Positions 1-10,403 of a stretch of 64,000 nt of DNA are shown in pieces (position 1 is the stretch's first letter; each line of letters starts with the position of its first letter). The translations under genes and the position numbers were made by a program. The stretch lies in contig CAVTJJ010000003.1 of NCBI GenBank assembly GCA_963735035.1, positions 608,001 through 672,000 on the forward strand. The letters run 5' to 3'. The notes under the pieces are model-generated. The model did not search any database. It was not told where the DNA came from and saw only the letters and a program-made list of their open reading frames with translations. This DNA comes from an uncultured candidate division Zixibacteria bacterium. Lineage in GTDB: Bacteria > Zixibacteria > MSB-5A5 > GN15 > FEB-12.

Positions 1-566
1 ATCTCGTAATCAAACAAGACAAAATCGTCAATCGTAGATCCGCTCCATGCCATTGATTTCTGAGTTCCAATAATCTCTAAAGGGACGGGATTCTGAATCT
101 TCCAATTTGCCCATCTGATATTTATCTGGCTTGTATCGGTGAATTCTGTTTCGAGATCAAGACTAGATCGTGCCTCAGTCGAGTAGTATGACGAAGTGGG
201 ATCGGAGCTCTTTACGTGCCACAGCGAAGCCAAGTCCGGTATGCGAGCGCTCCAAAACCAGGTGGCAATGGTATCTTGACCGGATACAGCCCCAACAAGC
301 AAGTCTGCGTCCATATACATCCTATGGCTACCGGCAGGATACTCGCATCCGTAAACCGAGTCACCCGTGATCGGATCGTATTGAGGAATTTGCCCTTCGG
401 AATTAGCTGTCAATTGACCCCAGCCACCAGGTTCAACTGTCAGGGAAAGATTCCCTTGATTATGGGCTCGTCGATAAAGCGACTCTTGCTGGCTGTGTGC
501 TGAAGCCGAAAACAGCAATAGCGCCAATATGATAATTGCTGGCATCCTTCGATGGAGGATAAACAT
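1..566 (-). CDS. Secreted hypothetical protein, 5' part only (runs off the window edge)
   Basis: Not in the ORF track; read manually. AGGAG RBS, ATG at 566, signal peptide (MFILHRRMPAIIILALLLFSASAHS), then an open frame to base 1 (..GCEYPAGS..QKSMAWSGSTIDDFVLFDYE) resembling FCB-group secreted proteins. Confidence 0.75.
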   Translation of the reverse strand, partial: MFILHRRMPAIIILALLLFSASAHSQQESLYRRAHNQGNLSLTVEPGGWGQLTANSEGQIPQYDPITGDSVYGCEYPAGSHRMYMDADLLVGAVSGQDTIATWFWSARIPDLASLWHVKSSDPTSSYYSTEARSSLDLETEFTDTSQINIRWANWKIQNPVPLEIIGTQKSMAWSGSTIDDFVLFDYE

Positions 567-752
567 CAATCTCCTGGGATGTCTGAATTTGAAGATGGCA
601 ATAGTTGTCAAATGACTGTTGACTTGATTCTCTCGATTCGGTCTAGTCATTACCCATAGAACTAAGTATTGAAGGTTTCAGACTATGACGATCAATTATG
701 TAACCGCCTGACTACCGACCCCATACTGCGACGTTACGATTCTATTTGACTA

Positions 753-986
753 CTACTTTCCTGGACACAAGTAAGCGAAGTCACAAGTTGGTGCGCCGTT
801 ATATACGCAGCCCACGTTCTTAACAAAATGACCAATCTTGGACACGTATTCAGGATAACCTGGGCAATCGTAGATTTCGCAACAATCGTAAGCCTGTGCC
901 TGGCTCGCCATCGTGAAGCTGAAGCCGAGCGTAAACGCGAACAGGAACAGATACGTATAGATTATCAGAACTTTCTTATTTTTCAT
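753..986 (-). CDS. Small secreted cysteine-rich peptide (77 aa)
   Basis: AGGAAGGAG RBS before ATG 986; signal peptide ending AQA; 45-aa mature part with 6 Cys (CC..C..C..C..C). Confidence 0.75.
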   Translation of the reverse strand: MKNKKVLIIYTYLFLFAFTLGFSFTMASQAQAYDCCEIYDCPGYPEYVSKIGHFVKNVGCVYNGAPTCDFAYLCPGK

Positions 987-1074
987 AATAGAGTTCTCCT
1001 TCCTATGGTTAGATAGGTTTGGTGTTAAAGGAAGGGAACGGACAGTCAGGCGGCTTTGCATTAGTTCTTCCAAT

Positions 1075-1705
1075 TCACCCTTCGACAGGCTCAGGGTAAC
1101 GAGCGTTTGCTGTGTTGACCGTCTCAAACAATCGCTCATAGTCCTCCGCCATTAACTTATTGGCGTGAATTTCAGTGATCAAGCGATCCCGGTTTACAAC
1201 AAGATTGAACGGGAACAACTGGATATTCAACGCCGCCCCAAACTGACGCTCGTTATCGTACAGTATCTCACACCCCAGACCGTAGTCTTCCCTGAGCCGT
1301 TGCATATGCAATGGATTGGCCGAGGTGATCAATATCACATGTTCATAATCATCCGGACCTTTGGCGACGTTACGCAAACGCTCAAGTTCTTCCAGACACG
1401 CGTCACAGTCCGGCTTAAGATAGGTAATCAGCGTTCTATCTGTCACCAGTTCCGATAACAGATGCAACTTCCCGTCGATGTCTTCCAACGGGAAGTTCCC
1501 CAACGTGTCCCCCACTTTGATTGTCCCCATTTTCCTCAGAACTGCAGCCGTCTGCTCAGCGGCCTGGGTGCGGTAGGTATCAGCATGGCGGCTGAGATTC
1601 CACTCCTTCATCCACTCAGCCGATTGTGTACCAATGAGATAGGCGAGCGCGACCAGCGTCACCCCCCCCCATAACCCATACTACTTTACTCTTGATTTGA
1701 GCCAT
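1075..1705 (-). CDS. Membrane-anchored thioredoxin-fold redoxin (TlpA/AhpC-TSA-like); 5' end frameshifted in a G9 tract
   Basis: CxxC (PDCDAC), 'KVGDTLGNFPLEDIDGK' and 'FPFNLVVNRD' redoxin motifs. The RBS and ATG at 1705 are out of frame by one G at 1662-1670. Confidence 0.75.
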
Positions 1706-1738
1706 TTGCTACTCCCTCATCTATCCAACTTCCACCAA

Positions 1739-2056
1739 CCCACAACAAACTGTGGGCTACCCCTTTCGACCGTCCGGCAGGGATGGAACCCTGCCGATCA
1801 TGTATTAACGCGGTGTCGTGCCGGAACCCTCAAGATACGGGGGATGCTGTCTCCTGATAGGCAGGATAACTTACGCCGCTGTGTGATGCAAGAGCAAACC
1901 ACGGTTCTGCCGGAGAGCGCTCGGCAGGGGTGGAACCCTGCCGATTAAATTGACTGCTCACACCCTTGGGTGCCCCCTGAAGCGGGGCAAGACAGAGTGT
2001 AAGGTTGTGCGTGGTGGAGCCTGCCACTGACTTGATCGGGGGTCCTCGTCCACCAC
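1739..2056. repeat. Cluster of REP-like palindromes
   Basis: CGGCAGGG-N6-CCCTGCCG at 1775-1796 and 1922-1943 (third copy at 40946-40967); GTGGTGGA..GTCCTCGTCCACCAC at 2011-2056 with a nested insert. Confidence 0.8.
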
Positions 2057-2106
2057 GAAGGCCCTGGCGCACGTGGACGTACGCCAGGCACAACGGCCCA
2101 AATCCC

Positions 2107-3465
2107 CTAGGCCACCCAGATCGTCTTGATATTGACGAATTCCTTGATACCGTAGTGTGAAAGCTCGCGGCCGTAGCCGGATCTCTTGATGCCGCCAAAC
2201 GGCAGTCTCGGGTCAGACTTGGTCATGCCGTTGATAAAGACCGCGCCGGTTTCGATCCGCCGCGCCACCATCTCAGCCCGCTTGACATCTTTCGACCAAA
2301 CCGCCCCGCCGAGTCCGAACGGCGAATCGTTGGCCACCGCGATAGCTTCTTCAGCGTTCTTCACCGGAATAATCGCCGACACCGGCCCAAACGTTTCTTC
2401 GTCGTAGACCGCCATACCTTTGCGAACATCGGTCAATACGGTCGGCAGATAGTACGCCCCGGGGCCATCCACTTTGCGACCGCCGCACAGCAGTCGCGCT
2501 CCGGCATGAATCGAGCGCTGTACCTGGCTGTCGAGTTCTTTCAGCAAGTCGAGCCGCGCCAACGGGCCGACTTTGGTGTCGGGTTGCATCGGGTCGCCCA
2601 TCTTGAGCGCCTGCATAATTGCGGCCTGCTGCTTCTCGAACTCCCTGACTACCGATTCGACTACAATGAATCGCTTGGCGGCGATGCAGCTCTGACCCTG
2701 ATTGATCATGCGCGAGTTGACCGAGACCTGCACACACTTTGCCAGGTCGGCGTCTTCGAGTACGATATATGCATCAGACCCGCCCAGTTCGAGTACGGTC
2801 TTCTTGAGTTCATGGCCCGCCGTTGAGGCCACCTGCATCCCGGCCGGCTCTGACCCGGTTAGCGTGACCGCCTTGACCAGCGGATTGCGGATAACTTTTT
2901 CGACCTGTCGCGACGAGATCATAAGCGTCCGGAACAGATTCTCCGGGAATCCCGCCTCGCGAAAGACTTCTTCAAGCGCCAGGGCGCATCCGGGCACATT
3001 CGACGCATGCTTTAGCACACCGGCATTGCCCGCCATGAGGGCGGGCGCCGCGAAACGCATCACCTGCCAGAACGGGAAATTCCAGGGCATGACGGCCAGC
3101 ACGATTCCGAGCGGTTCGAAAGCGGCGAAACTTCGGCTCGCATCCGACGCGATAATTTCATCGGCCAGAAATTTCTCGGCATTATCAGCGTAGTAATCGC
3201 AGGCTGCCGCGCATTTCTCGACCTCGGACAGCGACTCGGTGATCGTCTTTCCCATTTCGAGTGTGATGATCTCGGCATATTTCCGTTTGTTGCTGCGCTG
3301 AATTTCGGCCGCCCGATGCATGAGCGGTTTGCGCTGCGCGAAAGTCGTCTGCCGCCAACTGCAGTACTCATCGTACGTCTGTTCCAGTATCTCCGCAACT
3401 TCAGCGTCGCTGTGCTCGGGATAATCCCGTATCAGTTCTCCGTTGGCCGGATTGATTGCTTTCAT
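2107..3465 (-). CDS. gabD: NAD(P)-dependent succinate-semialdehyde dehydrogenase (GabD1/Sad-like ALDH)
   Basis: ALDH motifs MPWNFPFWQ, LELGGSD, GQSCIAAKR, EETFGPV, PFGGIKRSGYGRELS. Confidence 0.85.
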   Translation of the reverse strand: MKAINPANGELIRDYPEHSDAEVAEILEQTYDEYCSWRQTTFAQRKPLMHRAAEIQRSNKRKYAEIITLEMGKTITESLSEVEKCAAACDYYADNAEKFLADEIIASDASRSFAAFEPLGIVLAVMPWNFPFWQVMRFAAPALMAGNAGVLKHASNVPGCALALEEVFREAGFPENLFRTLMISSRQVEKVIRNPLVKAVTLTGSEPAGMQVASTAGHELKKTVLELGGSDAYIVLEDADLAKCVQVSVNSRMINQGQSCIAAKRFIVVESVVREFEKQQAAIMQALKMGDPMQPDTKVGPLARLDLLKELDSQVQRSIHAGARLLCGGRKVDGPGAYYLPTVLTDVRKGMAVYDEETFGPVSAIIPVKNAEEAIAVANDSPFGLGGAVWSKDVKRAEMVARRIETGAVFINGMTKSDPRLPFGGIKRSGYGRELSHYGIKEFVNIKTIWVA

Positions 3466-3472
3466 AACGTCC

Positions 3473-5134
3473 TCACTTTTGCGTGAAATCGAAACGCTCG
3501 CACAAGTTCTTCTCCAGTTTATCGCTTAGCTCGTAATTGACCGAAGTCTCAATCGGTATCTCCACCAGGCAGAGTTGCTGGCGACTGATCGCCTCCTTTA
3601 GCCCTTCTTTCAACTCGCGGAGGCTTGTCGGTCGATACGCTTTGATGCCGAAACTTTCGGCGTACTTCTTGAAATCGGGATTAGTCAGATGCGTCCCGAA
3701 CGATCGGCGCGTGTGACTGTGTTGCTTCCATGAGATCAGGCCATAGTCATTATCGTTGAACACGACAATCGTGAACCCGACACCAAGGCGGCTTGCCGTT
3801 TCGATTTCCTGCGAATTCATCATGAACCCGCCGTCGCCCATCAACGCCACCACCTGCTTGTGCGGCAGCGCCAGCTTGGCCGCGATTCCCCCCGGCAGGG
3901 CGATGCCCATGCTCGCCAGACCGTTGGATATGATTACGGAGTTCGGCTCGTATGCGGGATAGTTGCGACCGATCCACATCTTGTGACTCCCGACATCCGA
4001 CAGCACGATATCACCGGGATTCATCATCTCACGAATGACATGCAGCACCCCGGGCACGGTAAATGCGTCGCCGTCTTTCAGTTGGTACGAATCGATATCT
4101 CTCAGGATCTGATCCCGCAGCGGCTGGTACCACTTGCGGTCGAAACTTATCCGCTCTTTCTCAACCTGGGCATTCAGCTCCCAGAGCGCACCCGAAACGT
4201 CACAGATGATTTCCACTTCGGGTTGATAATGTTCGTGCACCTCGGCCGGGGCGAAATCAATGTGCACGATCCGCTTGTCCTTGGCGGCGTTCCAGAATTT
4301 CGGATCATACTCGGCGATATCATACCCGACCGTTAAGATTAGATCAGCGACATCGATCCCACACATGACGAAATCGCGCCCCTGCAAGCCAACTGCCAGA
4401 AGCGAATGCTCATCTTTGTCCGAGATCGCTCCTTTCCCCATGAACGTGGACACTACCGGAATACCCGTCTGTGCGACCAACTGACGAAGATGTTTCGACG
4501 CCATCTTGCGGATGGCGCCGTTGCCGGCGATGATCATCGGCTTTTTTGCCTGCTTGAGCAGGTCCACCGCCTGGCCGACAGCTTTGAAATCGGGTGAACC
4601 TCTACGAACGCGCCGCGGTTCGATCGGTTGACTTGAGCAATCTAGCTTGGCAATATCCTCAGGCACCTCAAAATGGGTGGCTCCGGGCTTTTCCATCTCG
4701 GCCAGTTTGAACGCCTTGCGGACAACTTCCGGCACAATCTGCGGATTCTGAATGCTGGTGGTCCATTTAGTCACCGGCCGGAACATATTGACCACGTCGA
4801 TATTCTGGTGGCTCTCTTTGTGAATCCGGTCGGACGATCCCTGCCCGGTAATGGCCACAATCGGCGCTTTGTCTAAATGAGCATCGGCGACACCAGTCAA
4901 CAAGTTGGTAGCCCCCGGACCGAGCGTGGCCAGACAGACGCCCGCCTTGCCGGTCAGACGGCCATAGACGTCGGCCATGAACGCCGCTCCCGATTCATGA
5001 CGGGTAGGGACAAACCGAACCGAGGAACTCTCCAGCGAGAAGAGGATGTCCTCGTTTTCTTCACCTGGAACACCGAAGACATATTTGACGCCTTCGCGTT
5101 CGAGACATTTGACAATTAGATCGGATACTTTCAC
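3473..5134 (-). CDS. ThDP-dependent acetolactate-synthase-large-subunit family enzyme, probably 2-oxoglutarate decarboxylase-like
   Basis: FGVPGEEN, RHESGAAFMAD, TLGPGATN, GDGGFMMN..NDNDYGLI ThDP motif; lies 7 bp upstream of the SSADH gene. Confidence 0.85.
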   Translation of the reverse strand: MKVSDLIVKCLEREGVKYVFGVPGEENEDILFSLESSSVRFVPTRHESGAAFMADVYGRLTGKAGVCLATLGPGATNLLTGVADAHLDKAPIVAITGQGSSDRIHKESHQNIDVVNMFRPVTKWTTSIQNPQIVPEVVRKAFKLAEMEKPGATHFEVPEDIAKLDCSSQPIEPRRVRRGSPDFKAVGQAVDLLKQAKKPMIIAGNGAIRKMASKHLRQLVAQTGIPVVSTFMGKGAISDKDEHSLLAVGLQGRDFVMCGIDVADLILTVGYDIAEYDPKFWNAAKDKRIVHIDFAPAEVHEHYQPEVEIICDVSGALWELNAQVEKERISFDRKWYQPLRDQILRDIDSYQLKDGDAFTVPGVLHVIREMMNPGDIVLSDVGSHKMWIGRNYPAYEPNSVIISNGLASMGIALPGGIAAKLALPHKQVVALMGDGGFMMNSQEIETASRLGVGFTIVVFNDNDYGLISWKQHSHTRRSFGTHLTNPDFKKYAESFGIKAYRPTSLRELKEGLKEAISRQQLCLVEIPIETSVNYELSDKLEKNLCERFDFTQK

Positions 5135-5392
5135 ATCGCGTTTCCCATCTTGGAACAGTATGGCACCCCACAGCTTGCCGTGGGTTGGCGGCTCCAGCGC
5201 CTTACATCAAGCAACATAGTCGAAACCCCACCCGCAACTATTTGTTCCGCACGGTCGCAAGTAGCTCGATGAGGGGTATAAGCTGGTGTAATGGAGTCAT
5301 TTCAGAAAAGTAGTCAGTTGACATCGATACAAAATCCAACTAACCAGCTACCGGGGCTTTTGTTATATTCCCGACCATGTTAGGAGTATATT

Positions 5393-6467
5393 ATGAAGTT
5401 TGGTACTGACATCCCTTTGCTTTCAGCCGTTGTAACCATCACTTTGGCAGGCCTTCTTATTTCCGGCTGCAGCAAGAGTGAGTCAAACGTACCGGCCGGC
5501 GGTCGCAAGAGCGGCCCTGCCGGCGCCCCGGTCGAGGCGGTAGTCGTACGCCCGCAACTGCTCGAGAACCGTGTTTATGCCACGGGTTCTCTCCGCGCCA
5601 ACGAGGAAGTCGAGCTTCGGTCCGAGATCTCCGGACGAGTCACCGGCATTTTCTTTTCCGAGGGGAGCCGCGTCAAGAAAGGGACCGTCCTCCTGACCAT
5701 CAACGACCAGGAGCTTCAGGCCCAGCTCAAGCGCAAACAATTCGAAGAGACTATTGCGGCCGATGAAGAACGTCGCCAGAAGTCCCTGCTCGATATCAAC
5801 GGCGTCAGCCGGGAAACCTACGACAAATCATACAACAACTTGAAGATGATCGAAGCCGACCGCGAATTGCTCGAAACCCAAATCGCCAAATCCAAGATCA
5901 CGGCGCCATTCGACGGCATCATCGGCCTGCGCTATGTCAGCGAAGGGGGTTTTGTTACTCCCGACGTACTGATTTCCACGATGCAAGACGTTGACCCTAT
6001 GAAGGTCGAATTCTCCGTCCCGGAAAAGAACGCCCGACAGATAAAGAACGGAACTCAGATTCTGGTTCGAATCGGCGATTCTCCCGAAGGAAGCAAGGGG
6101 GTCGTATATGCGGTTGAATCGATGATCGATCCAGACACCCGCACTATCAAGGCACGCGCGACGATCCCCAATCCGGACGGAAACCTGATTCCCGGCTCGT
6201 TTGGCAAAGTCGAAATTACGCTGGACCGGCTACCCAATGCGATCGTGATCCCGTCCGGGGCGGTCATCCCCCGAATCAATGACGAGATCGTCTATGTCTG
6301 CCGGAACGGCAAGGCTCAGATCTGTCTCGATCAAGAGCGGCATCAGAACCGAGAGCGGCATTCAGATTACCGAGGGGATTGCCCCCGGCGATACTCTGAT
6401 TGTCAGCGGCTTGCTCCAGTTGACCGACGGCAAGAATGTCCAGATAACCGCTCTTCAGGGAAATTAG
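5393..6467 (+). CDS. RND efflux membrane-fusion (periplasmic adaptor) lipoprotein; frameshift near 6317
   Basis: Lipobox LISGC, 'ITAPFDGIIG', 'IDPDTRTIKARA'. The C-terminus (SIKSGIRT..EGIAPGDTLIVSGL) lies in ORF 6279..6467. Confidence 0.85.
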
Positions 6468-6482
6468 CGCCGGTCAGCTCTT

Positions 6483-9400
6483 ATGAATATATCCTCAGTC
6501 AGCATCAATCGGCCCGTTCTTTCGACCGTGCTCTCGATCCTGATCGTTCTCTTCGGCGGGATCGGCTACTATTTCCTGGGCGTCCGCGAATATCCCAGCG
6601 TCGACCCGCCCGTCGTCACGGTCAGCACCAGCTACACCGGCGCCAACGCCGATGTTATCGAATCGCAGATTACGGAACCGCTGGAAGAATCGATCAACGG
6701 CATCGCCGGCATTCGCTCGCTGACGTCGTCCAGCAGCGACGGCCGCAGCCGGATCACGGTCGAATTCGAGCTCGGGGTTGACATGGAGACGGCCGCCAAC
6801 GATGTCCGCGACCGCGTTTCCCGCGCCGTCCACGATCTTCCGCCCGATATCGACCCGCCCAGTATCTCCAAGGCGGACGCCGACGCCAACCCGATTCTGG
6901 CCATCATGCTGGCAAGCGACAAGCGGTCGCTGCTGGAACTGTCGGAGATCGCCAACGACATTTTCAAGGAGCGGCTGCAAACAATTCCGGGCGTCAGCGA
7001 AGTCGGCATCTGGGGCGAGAAACGATACGCCATGAAGCTGGTGCTCGATCCGGCGCGTCTGGCAGCCCATGGTTTGACGCCGCTGGATATCAAGACCGCG
7101 CTCGACCGCGAAAACGTCGAACTTGCCGTCCGGACGCATCGAGGGATATAACACCGAACTGTCCATCCGCACTTTCGGTCGGCTGACGATCCGCTGAGGA
7201 ATTCAACAACCTCATCATCAAGCAGACCGACGGATCGGTCGTCAAGTTCCGCGACATCGGCCGGGCTGTCCTGGCGCCGGAAGACGAACGGTCGAGCTTG
7301 ACGCGGGAGCGGCGGAATCCCCATGGTAAGCGTCAACCTGATTCCCCAGCCCGGCTCGAATCATATCGCCATCGCCGACGAATTCTACCGTCGACTCGAC
7401 CAGATCAAGAAGGATCTGCCCGAGGATGTCAGCTACAGTATCGGCCATGGACACCACGGCCAATATCCGCAAGGCCATCACCGAAGTCGTCGAGACGATC
7501 CTGATTGCCTTCCTGCTGGTCATGTTGGTGATATTCGCCTTCCTGCGGCACTGGCGCACAACTATCATCCCGATGCTGGCCATTCCGATTTCGCTCATCG
7601 GCGCCTTCTTCATCATGTATGTGGCCGGTTTCTCGATCAATATTCTCACTCTGCTGGCCATCGTGCTGTCCACCGGTATTGTCGTCGATGATGCTATCGT
7701 AGTCCTCGAAAACATCTACAAGCGCATCGAGAGAGGCGTCGATCCGATCGAGGCCGGACACCAGGGCTCGAAAGAAATCCTGTTCGCGATTATCTCGACC
7801 ACTATCACCCTGGCATCGGTGTTCTTGCCCATCATGTTTCTGCAGGGACTGACCGGACGTCTGTTCCGCGAATTCGGCGTGGTGGTGGCCGGTTCGGTGC
7901 TGATTTCGGCCTTCGTCTCTCTGACTCTGACCCCGATGATGAGCGCGCGGATTTTGCACAAGCCCACCCATGAGAACAAGCTGTTTGCTTTGAGCGAGAG
8001 ATGGTTTAACCGTCTCATATCGGGGTATCACCGCTCATTGAATGCCTTTGTTCATCGGAGATGGTTGGCGCCGGTCATAATGGTGGCCTCGCTGGCCATC
8101 ATTCTCGGCGTGGGAGCGCATCCTTCGCTCGGAGCTTGCCCCGATGGAGGACAAGAGCCGCCTGATGGTCAACGCCTCGGCGCCCGAGGGTACGTCGTAC
8201 GAAGCACTTGCCAGCTACATGAGTAAGATTCTTGCGGTCGTCGACACGCTGCCCGAAAAGAGCGTGATTATGACCATGACCGGCGGCGGCGGCATGGGCA
8301 GCTCCAACAGCGGTTTTGTCAGAATCAGCCTGGTGCCACCGGATGACCGGCAAAGGAGCCAGCAGGAGATTGCCGACGCCCTGACCAGGAGCTTGCGAGA
8401 TTACACCTTTGCCCGGGCCTATGTAACTCAGGAGCAAACCATCGGCGGCGGACGAGGACGATCCCTTCCGGTGCAATTTGTCATCCAGGCGCAGACATTC
8501 GATAAGCTCCGGGCCGTTATCCCTCAGTTCATGGAAAAGGCACAGGCGGATTCGGCCTTTCCGGTCGTAGATCTGGACTTGAAATTCAACAAGCCCGAGA
8601 TGACTATAGAGATCGACCGCGAGCGGGCCAGATCACTCGGGATCACGGTTCGGGATATTGCGTCGACCCTGCAGTTGTATTTCAGCGGCCAGCGGTACGG
8701 ATACTTTATCCTCAACGGCAAACAGTATTCGGTTATCGCTCAGGCCGACCGGCAAGATCGCGATGCCCCGATGGATATCAGTTCGATTTATGTGCGAAAT
8801 AGCCAGCGGCGAGTTGATACAGCTCGACAATCTCGTCAAGATGTCGTATCGCAGCAGTCCGCCGCAACTGTATCATTTCAATCGCTATATGTCGGCCACC
8901 GTATCGCGTCGATGGCCAAGGGCTTCACGCTGGGCGACGGCATCGCCGAGATGGATAAGATCGCTTCCGAAGTTCTCGATGAATCTTTCTCGACCAGCCT
9001 CGCAGGTACCGCAAAAGACTATTCGGAAAGTTCCAACACGCTGGTATTCGCTTTTCTCCTGGCACTGACCCTGGTCTATCTGATCCTGGCGGCGCAATTC
9101 GAGAGCTTCCGCGATCCGCTGATTATCATGTTCACGGTTCCGCTGGCGTTGGCCGGAGCGGTGTTGTCGCTATGGTTGTTCGGTCAGACGCTCAATATTT
9201 TCAGCCAGATTGGTATTATCGCCCTGATCGGTATCGTGACCAAGAACGGCATCCTGATCGTCGAGTTTGCCAATCAGCGCAAGGCTCAGGGTTTGTCGGT
9301 CAGGGAGGCGGTTATCGATGCCGCCGCTCAGCGGTTCCGACCGATCCTGATGACCAGCTGGCGACGGTTTTCGGCGTCCTGCCGATCGCGCTGGCCCTCG

Positions 9401-9564
9401 GTGCAGCGGCCAAAAGCCGTGTGTCGATGGGTATCGTGATTATCGGCGGTCTATTGTTCTCGCTCGGCCTGACGCTCTATGTGATTCCGGCGCTGTACAC
9501 TTATCTTTCGAGCGCGAAGAAGACGACGCCATCTCCGATCACAGAGCCAGTCGCGGTGGAGTGA
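6483..9564 (+). pseudogene. AcrB/AcrD/AcrF-family RND permease broken by about 7 indels (pseudogene or assembly error)
   Basis: Successive ORF fragments carry RND motifs (REYPSVDPPVV, GIVVDDAIVVLEN, AAQFESFRDP, GIVTKNGILIVEFAN, RFRPILMT). Frame changes near 7125, 7190, 7305, 7447, 8119, 8804/8907 and 9358. Confidence 0.85.
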
Positions 9565-9580
9565 TCTTTCTTAATATGTC

Positions 9581-9708
9581 GGGTACCCCACCGCTCTGCT
9601 GTGGGTTGCGACTTCTCTGAAACGACGCGGGGTGGCCCACCCGCTTTGTGGGCGGCAGACGTCCTCGTCTGCCGCAATCTTGTAGGGCGGGTCTGCTTCA
9701 AACCCGCC
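9581..9708. repeat. Cluster of REP-like palindromes between convergent genes
   Basis: GGTACCCCAC..GTGGG, GGTGGCCCACCCGCT, GGCAGACGTCCTCGTCTGCC and GTAGGGCGGG..CCCGCC, each with related copies elsewhere in the window. Confidence 0.75.
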
Positions 9709-9721
9709 ATTATCGACTGGT

Positions 9722-10111
9722 TTACCGCGCAAAGATAAGAGCAACCGCGACAACCACGGCGATAGCCACAAAGATTATCGCCACCAAGCCGCCTTCACCC
9801 ATACCGACACTAGTCCGGTACGGATCGCAATTGAGCGATTGGTCCTGACTGCGCCGCTCGATCTTCCGCTTGAACCGAATGCGGTTATTGTCGAACTTCT
9901 CGATCATTTCCCACCCGGCCCGAGCTTCGTCGGTACAAAGTCTTTGCACCGCCTCGCGATTCGAGAACTTGCCGGTCAACGAACGAACGATTTTGAATTC
10001 CCATCCATCAAGATCCGGGGGACTGTATTGGGTCATTTCCTCTTCCTCCTGCTGTTCGCGACGTTTCTTGGCTGCCGCCGCCGTTACTGCCGCCATGCTT
10101 CCAGCGCTCAT
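9722..10111 (-). CDS. Small protein with C-terminal TM helix (DUF4177-like)
   Basis: WEFKIVR..GWEMIEKFD pattern, hydrophobic C-terminus, AGGAG RBS. Confidence 0.65.
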   Translation of the reverse strand: MSAGSMAAVTAAAAKKRREQQEEEEMTQYSPPDLDGWEFKIVRSLTGKFSNREAVQRLCTDEARAGWEMIEKFDNNRIRFKRKIERRSQDQSLNCDPYRTSVGMGEGGLVAIIFVAIAVVVAVALIFAR

Positions 10112-10241
10112 CTGCCCGTCTCCTTTGTGTGGACGCCAAGCTAACCGTCAGAACCCGGCCTGTCAACCAGAGTGACGTGAGCCGGTCCTATAGGACAATA
10201 CTGCAGCGCCTTCTGACTATTCATATCAATCGCCCTTGTGC

Positions 10242-10345
10242 CCCAGGGCTTGCCCTGGGATTCAGTCTGGTGGCTCACCCGCTTGCGGGTGGGTTTGGAT
10301 GCTATGCCCTGGTAACACGTGCCCGGCAGATGCCCACATCTGCCG
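10242..10345. repeat. REP-like palindromes, including an empty IS110 target site
   Basis: CCCAGGGCTTGCCCTGGG (10242-10259), GGTGGCTCACCCGCTTGCGGGTGGG (10269-10293), GGCAGATG.CCACATCTGCC (also near 14170 and 32247). Confidence 0.8.
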
Positions 10346-10403
10346 GATTAACGTCGGGAACAAAACCCCTCTCACCATTGTCTTTCAACTTGAAGGACCT
10401 AAT

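Noticed and set aside
6279..9564. Programmed frameshifting or separate small genes in the RND region
   Set aside because: The fragments are consecutive parts of one permease and one adaptor, with too many shifts and no slippery motifs.
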